Origin: an uncultured archaeon
Lineage (GTDB): Archaea > Asgardarchaeota > Thorarchaeia > Thorarchaeales > Thorarchaeaceae
NCBI GenBank assembly: GCA_964631415.1
Contig: CAZVZC010000027.1
Span: 1 to 29,178 of the forward strand
DNA length: 29,178 nt
Direction of reading: 5' to 3'
Positions 25,481 to 29,178 of this stretch are shown one piece after another. The translations under genes were made by a program, and so were the position numbers. The notes beneath the pieces are model-generated. The model made no database searches, was not told where the DNA came from, and saw only the letters and a list, made by a program, of their open reading frames with translations. The stretch's first letter is position 1, and each line of letters begins with the position of its first letter.

Positions 25481-27538
25481 TCATATCCCTGTGATCGCTG
25501 AAGTCCTCGTTCCAAGAATCTTATTCGTGATGGTTATCACTACCATCTGCATCGTCATCATCAGAGTACCGAGACATGCCGCGTGGTATACTCCCCCAAA
25601 CTGACCGGTCGCTTCGAGTATCTCACGAGTCCAGAAAGTCATTGGTGCCTGACTGCGGCCCACACTGCCGAGTATGAGGCTTGTGCTTACCTCACTCACA
25701 GAGTATACAAATGACAGTAGGGAACCGGCGAGAACACTGACACCAATGAGTGGCAGAGTTACCTTTACGAATGTCTGGTTCCTACTGGCGCCCATGTTCT
25801 GAGAAGCTTCTTCGAGCACGACAGGAGTAGATTTGAGACCTGCATACGCGGCTCTAACCGTAAACGGGAACTTGCGCACAGTGTAAGACATGGTGAGTAG
25901 GAATGCCGGAGCCTCCGGAGGGAAGAATACCGTGTTATAGAACAGAGTGAAGTAGCCAGTGGCTATCACTATCCCTGGCAGGGCTATGGGCGAAGTCACC
26001 AGCAGGTCAAGAGCGGCCTTTCCGGGGAAGTTTCGTCTGGCAATCAGGTATGCTGCACTTGAGCCCAGCAGTACGATGATCACCGTGGCTATGAGACCGT
26101 ACATCAGAGTGTACTGTATAGAATGAAACACAGATGGGTACTCCCAAAGCACTGCATAGTTTCCGAGCGTCCAAGTGTCAGGCAACACAGAGTTGGTTGA
26201 CCACGTTCCTGTGAAAGAGAGGATAATCACACTCATCTGGGGTATCAGCGCTAGGAACAACAATGGAATCAGGACAAGGTATAGCAGCAATGTAGTCTTC
26301 GGTGTGAGCCTTCTAGTCCTCGGGTTCCACTGCCCGCCTTTCGTGCCCGATTCATAAGACCTCAAGGCTGCATACTTCCTTATCGCAAGGAAGCCCGTCA
26401 ACGCAAAGACGAGAAGTATCATTCCGATGGCGGGTCCGGCAGGGTTGATGGTTCCCGACTGGTTGGCAATGCTCTTAAACACCTGAAAGGCTAACGTCTT
26501 CTGAGCCTGTTGAGACCCATAGAAGACAATAGGCGAACCCAAGTCTTCGATGCTCAGGATGAACGTCAGGATCGCTCCTGCCTGAATGCCCGGCATCGCC
26601 AAGGGAAGTGTGACAGATCGAAACAGTTTGAAGCCTTTGGCGCCTAGATTCTCCGCCTGCTCCTCCAGAGATGGATCTATGCTCATAAACGACGAATAGG
26701 CATTCAAGTACACGAGTGAAAACAACGAGAGTGATTGCACGAAGATGATCGCAGCGAGGCCTTGCAGCTCGATACGAAAAGGAAGAATGTGGAGCGTACT
26801 GTAGAACAGATTGTTGAAGAAACCAGCACGGCCTAGAAAAGTCTTGATGCCCATAGCACCGACAAACGGTGTTGCCAAGATTGGAAAGATGAGTACAGTG
26901 CGGACTATGCGCTTTCCCGGGAAGTCGTATCTTGCCACGATGAAGGCAAAGAAGACACCAAGACACACAGCAATGAATGTGACAAACAAAGCAACGTAGA
27001 TCGAGTTCAAGATGGCTCCGAAATCCCAGCCTTGGATTGTGATTAGGTCTCCTCCGCTCTGGATGGTCTGAAGGTTGATGTAGCTAATCCAAGTTTCTGT
27101 CACAGTGTCGTATTGCCATGGCCAGATATTCGAATCATGAAACAGATTCACAAAGTGCATGAGTGAAGGCTGGCCAGTAGATGGATCGGTGAACGAGAAG
27201 ACTGCAACACTCAGGAGGGGCAACAAGAGAAAGAGGGAGAAGACGACTATCACAGCTATGAGTTGGATTGCCGAAAGAGAGTCCATCTCCCTCTTGAACT
27301 TCGACCCTGCGGCCCTGAGCCTGAGCCCAGGGTGCTTCAGGAAGTCGACAAAAGATGCACGCTTGCTTGTGCGTGCCGGGCCACGGCGCGGCGCCCTCCG
27401 AGTGAAACGTGACGCAACCTTCCTCGGCAAATCCCAGAGGAACGACTGGGTGTTGGTCACGAAGTCATCGGGAACCAGCTCTTCCTCAGCCACTTGAGGA
27501 GGTGGTGCTTCATCTTTGCATGACTTGGCGTCGCTCAC
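25481..27538 (-). CDS. ABC transporter permease (FbpB/ThiP type, duplicated TM domain)
   Basis: Many TM segments and two EAA loops (LEEQAENLGA; LEEASQNMGA). Confidence 0.92.
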   Translation of the reverse strand: MSDAKSCKDEAPPPQVAEEELVPDDFVTNTQSFLWDLPRKVASRFTRRAPRRGPARTSKRASFVDFLKHPGLRLRAAGSKFKREMDSLSAIQLIAVIVVFSLFLLLPLLSVAVFSFTDPSTGQPSLMHFVNLFHDSNIWPWQYDTVTETWISYINLQTIQSGGDLITIQGWDFGAILNSIYVALFVTFIAVCLGVFFAFIVARYDFPGKRIVRTVLIFPILATPFVGAMGIKTFLGRAGFFNNLFYSTLHILPFRIELQGLAAIIFVQSLSLFSLVYLNAYSSFMSIDPSLEEQAENLGAKGFKLFRSVTLPLAMPGIQAGAILTFILSIEDLGSPIVFYGSQQAQKTLAFQVFKSIANQSGTINPAGPAIGMILLVFALTGFLAIRKYAALRSYESGTKGGQWNPRTRRLTPKTTLLLYLVLIPLLFLALIPQMSVIILSFTGTWSTNSVLPDTWTLGNYAVLWEYPSVFHSIQYTLMYGLIATVIIVLLGSSAAYLIARRNFPGKAALDLLVTSPIALPGIVIATGYFTLFYNTVFFPPEAPAFLLTMSYTVRKFPFTVRAAYAGLKSTPVVLEEASQNMGASRNQTFVKVTLPLIGVSVLAGSLLSFVYSVSEVSTSLILGSVGRSQAPMTFWTREILEATGQFGGVYHAACLGTLMMTMQMVVITITNKILGTRTSAITGI

Positions 27539-27555
27539 GTGCTTCTGTCACCTTT

Positions 27556-29025
27556 CTATGGAAGGAGCGCTTGAACTTGGCTTAGGATATCGTTGTAGTG
27601 GTTCTTCGCGGCGATGGTCCAACGGTCTTGAACTTGGCCTGCGTAGACTGAGTCGTAGATCATGTCGTGGTTGATCTCTCTGGCATAATCGACTGTGAAC
27701 TTCTCGCTCAGAGAGGTCTTCGGGTCCAGAATGGTCACTGTGACTCCCATCATGTTCGCAAACATGTTCATCTGAGTCACATTGAGATGCCCTGCATAGT
27801 ATTCAGTCACGATCGTTGTCCAGCAGTTGACAAGCTCTGTATGTGCGTCCGTGAAGACTGACTCGAAGTAGTAGATGAAGGCCGTGTTTATCTCCAGTGA
27901 TAGTGTGTCATTGAAGTCAATTCCCACAGTCCTGATCGTCTGGTTGAACACCGCATAAAGGTCTTGAGCCTGACTGCCAAGCGGTTGATCGAACGCCTCT
28001 CTGAGAACTGGCATCCGTCGGATGTTCGGGTGTAGCCACAGGGACTGGCCATAGGCGGACATCACGAAGTCAACGAAGCCCTCAGCCAAATCCTTGTGGG
28101 AACTGGTGTTTGAGATAGCAATGGGATCACCATTCACGATAGTCTGACCCTCGGGCACAACGTAGTGGCAGTCGGGGTTCTTGTACTGGGTCAGATAGCC
28201 ATAGAAGTCAATCGACATAGATATGCCAACCTGTCCCAGTTCTGAGGCGGCTTGGGTTTCAACTGACCCGCTGTAGATGTTGGAGCTTCCCGCCATCCTG
28301 GCAAGAATAGACCAACCTGCATCCCAGCCAAATCCCTGAGTTATTATCTCGTAGATGCGGGTATTCGATGTCGTATCAGGAGCATTCCCCATGGCAATGG
28401 TTGGAATAGTCGGAAGGAGACTCCCATAGATTGGTTCCGAGAGGTTTGTCCATGTGGTTGGCGTCGGGAGCGAGTAGTCTGTGAGAAATTGGTCGTTTAC
28501 AGTGAATCCGAATGATGATATGGCGGCAGCAATCCATACTAGGTTTCCGTGTGAATCATACCTCTTCATGTCAGCGCCTGCAATGGAGTCATTGACCCTT
28601 GCCGCAACCGTCTGCATCAGAGTGCTGTTCAGAACAGAAAGACGGCCGTCCCTCATGAGCTGATCAAACAGTGTAGGACCACCGCCCCAGCAAACGTCTA
28701 TCTGGCCTGTTTCTATGAGGTCATCCCAGAACTCCTGGGATGGCGTCTTCCACTGTATAGCCGTTATACCGTGGGTAACTGCAAAGTCGCTCGCAATAAA
28801 TGCGGGCTCATACACGGAAAGAATCGACACATCGTGTCGAGTGATGACAGTGAGCGTCAGTCCAGTCGGAGTAGTAGTTGTCGTATTGGTCCCGGTAGTG
28901 GTCGGCCCACCGCCAAGTAGACCCAATCCTATGTAACCACCGACACCTATCAATACTACAACGACCACCGCAATCACTATGGTCTTCGTGCTACGGGCAG
29001 CTTCCATTTCACTCATCATTTGCAC
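27556..29025 (-). CDS. Membrane-anchored ABC substrate-binding protein (AfuA/FbpA-like archaeal family)
   Basis: N-terminal hydrophobic anchor, poly-Thr linker, VITRHD, DVCWGGGPTLFD, SSFGFTVN, IDFYG, NGDPIA. Confidence 0.88.
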   Translation of the reverse strand: MQMMSEMEAARSTKTIVIAVVVVVLIGVGGYIGLGLLGGGPTTTGTNTTTTTPTGLTLTVITRHDVSILSVYEPAFIASDFAVTHGITAIQWKTPSQEFWDDLIETGQIDVCWGGGPTLFDQLMRDGRLSVLNSTLMQTVAARVNDSIAGADMKRYDSHGNLVWIAAAISSFGFTVNDQFLTDYSLPTPTTWTNLSEPIYGSLLPTIPTIAMGNAPDTTSNTRIYEIITQGFGWDAGWSILARMAGSSNIYSGSVETQAASELGQVGISMSIDFYGYLTQYKNPDCHYVVPEGQTIVNGDPIAISNTSSHKDLAEGFVDFVMSAYGQSLWLHPNIRRMPVLREAFDQPLGSQAQDLYAVFNQTIRTVGIDFNDTLSLEINTAFIYYFESVFTDAHTELVNCWTTIVTEYYAGHLNVTQMNMFANMMGVTVTILDPKTSLSEKFTVDYAREINHDMIYDSVYAGQVQDRWTIAAKNHYNDILSQVQALLP

Positions 29026-29095
29026 CTCTCAAGTTCAGTCTTGAATGTGTTCTCTTGTCCCTGACCTTTGAGCTGAGCTGGTGTGAGGTCACCTG

Positions 29096-29113
29096 TGATA
29101 ATTAAGCCTTTTC
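29096..29113 (-). promoter_or_regulatory. Putative BRE/TATA for the ABC operon
   Basis: Minus-strand GAAAAGGCTTAATTAT: a purine-rich BRE followed by a TATA-like box. Confidence 0.5.
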
Positions 29114-29178
29114 ACAAGCGGTCCGTGGATGTCAACTTAACGGTGGCCGGCAGGAAGAATAGGGTCCACTGACTTCTC

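Noticed and set aside
198-28936. Numerous short antisense or alternate-frame ORFs in the track (e.g. 734-1279, 10082-10429, 15290-15955, 21057-21557)
   Set aside because: They are shadows of well-supported genes and have no recognisable motifs.
29026-29178. TPP or other riboswitch upstream of the ABC importer
   Set aside because: No TPP consensus elements (CUGAGA plus the ACCUGA...AGCG core) could be found on the coding strand.
1-29178. CRISPR arrays, IS elements, integrases, tRNA or rRNA genes, Sec/Pyl-recoded genes
   Set aside because: No periodic repeats, transposase or integrase motifs, or structured-RNA signatures were seen, and no gene appears interrupted at a conserved catalytic position by TGA or TAG.

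Overview
Gene-dense archaeal window, most likely from an Asgard archaeon (Thorarchaeia-like). This is inferred from two Rab-like small GTPases, a roadblock/LC7 protein, a WD40 protein, a divergent EF-2 paralog, archaeosine TGT, CofE and PolB2. In order it holds: a 5'-truncated hexapeptide N-acetyltransferase; an EF-2 paralog lacking the diphthamide His; a minus-strand roadblock / KaiB-like thioredoxin / KaiC-like / KaiC-like / large helical-repeat cluster flanked by Rab, WD40 and Rab genes; an arCOG07300-PolB2 pair; a divergent LarC; CofE; a metV-metF-mtrH-mtrA-mtrH-methanogenesis marker 14 operon; hflX; tgtA; and a three-gene ABC importer. Two candidate undescribed systems stand out. (1) A KaiBC-like module in which a CxxC thioredoxin resembling KaiB is translationally coupled to a CI-like KaiC with a B-loop-like insert, followed by a separate CII-like KaiC, all among eukaryote-like small-GTPase genes. 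(2) A soluble, membrane-free Mtr-derived corrinoid methyl shuttle with two different MtrH subunits, linked to MetFV, that could bridge folate and methanopterin C1 pools. All assignments come from motif recognition by eye; no searches were run.
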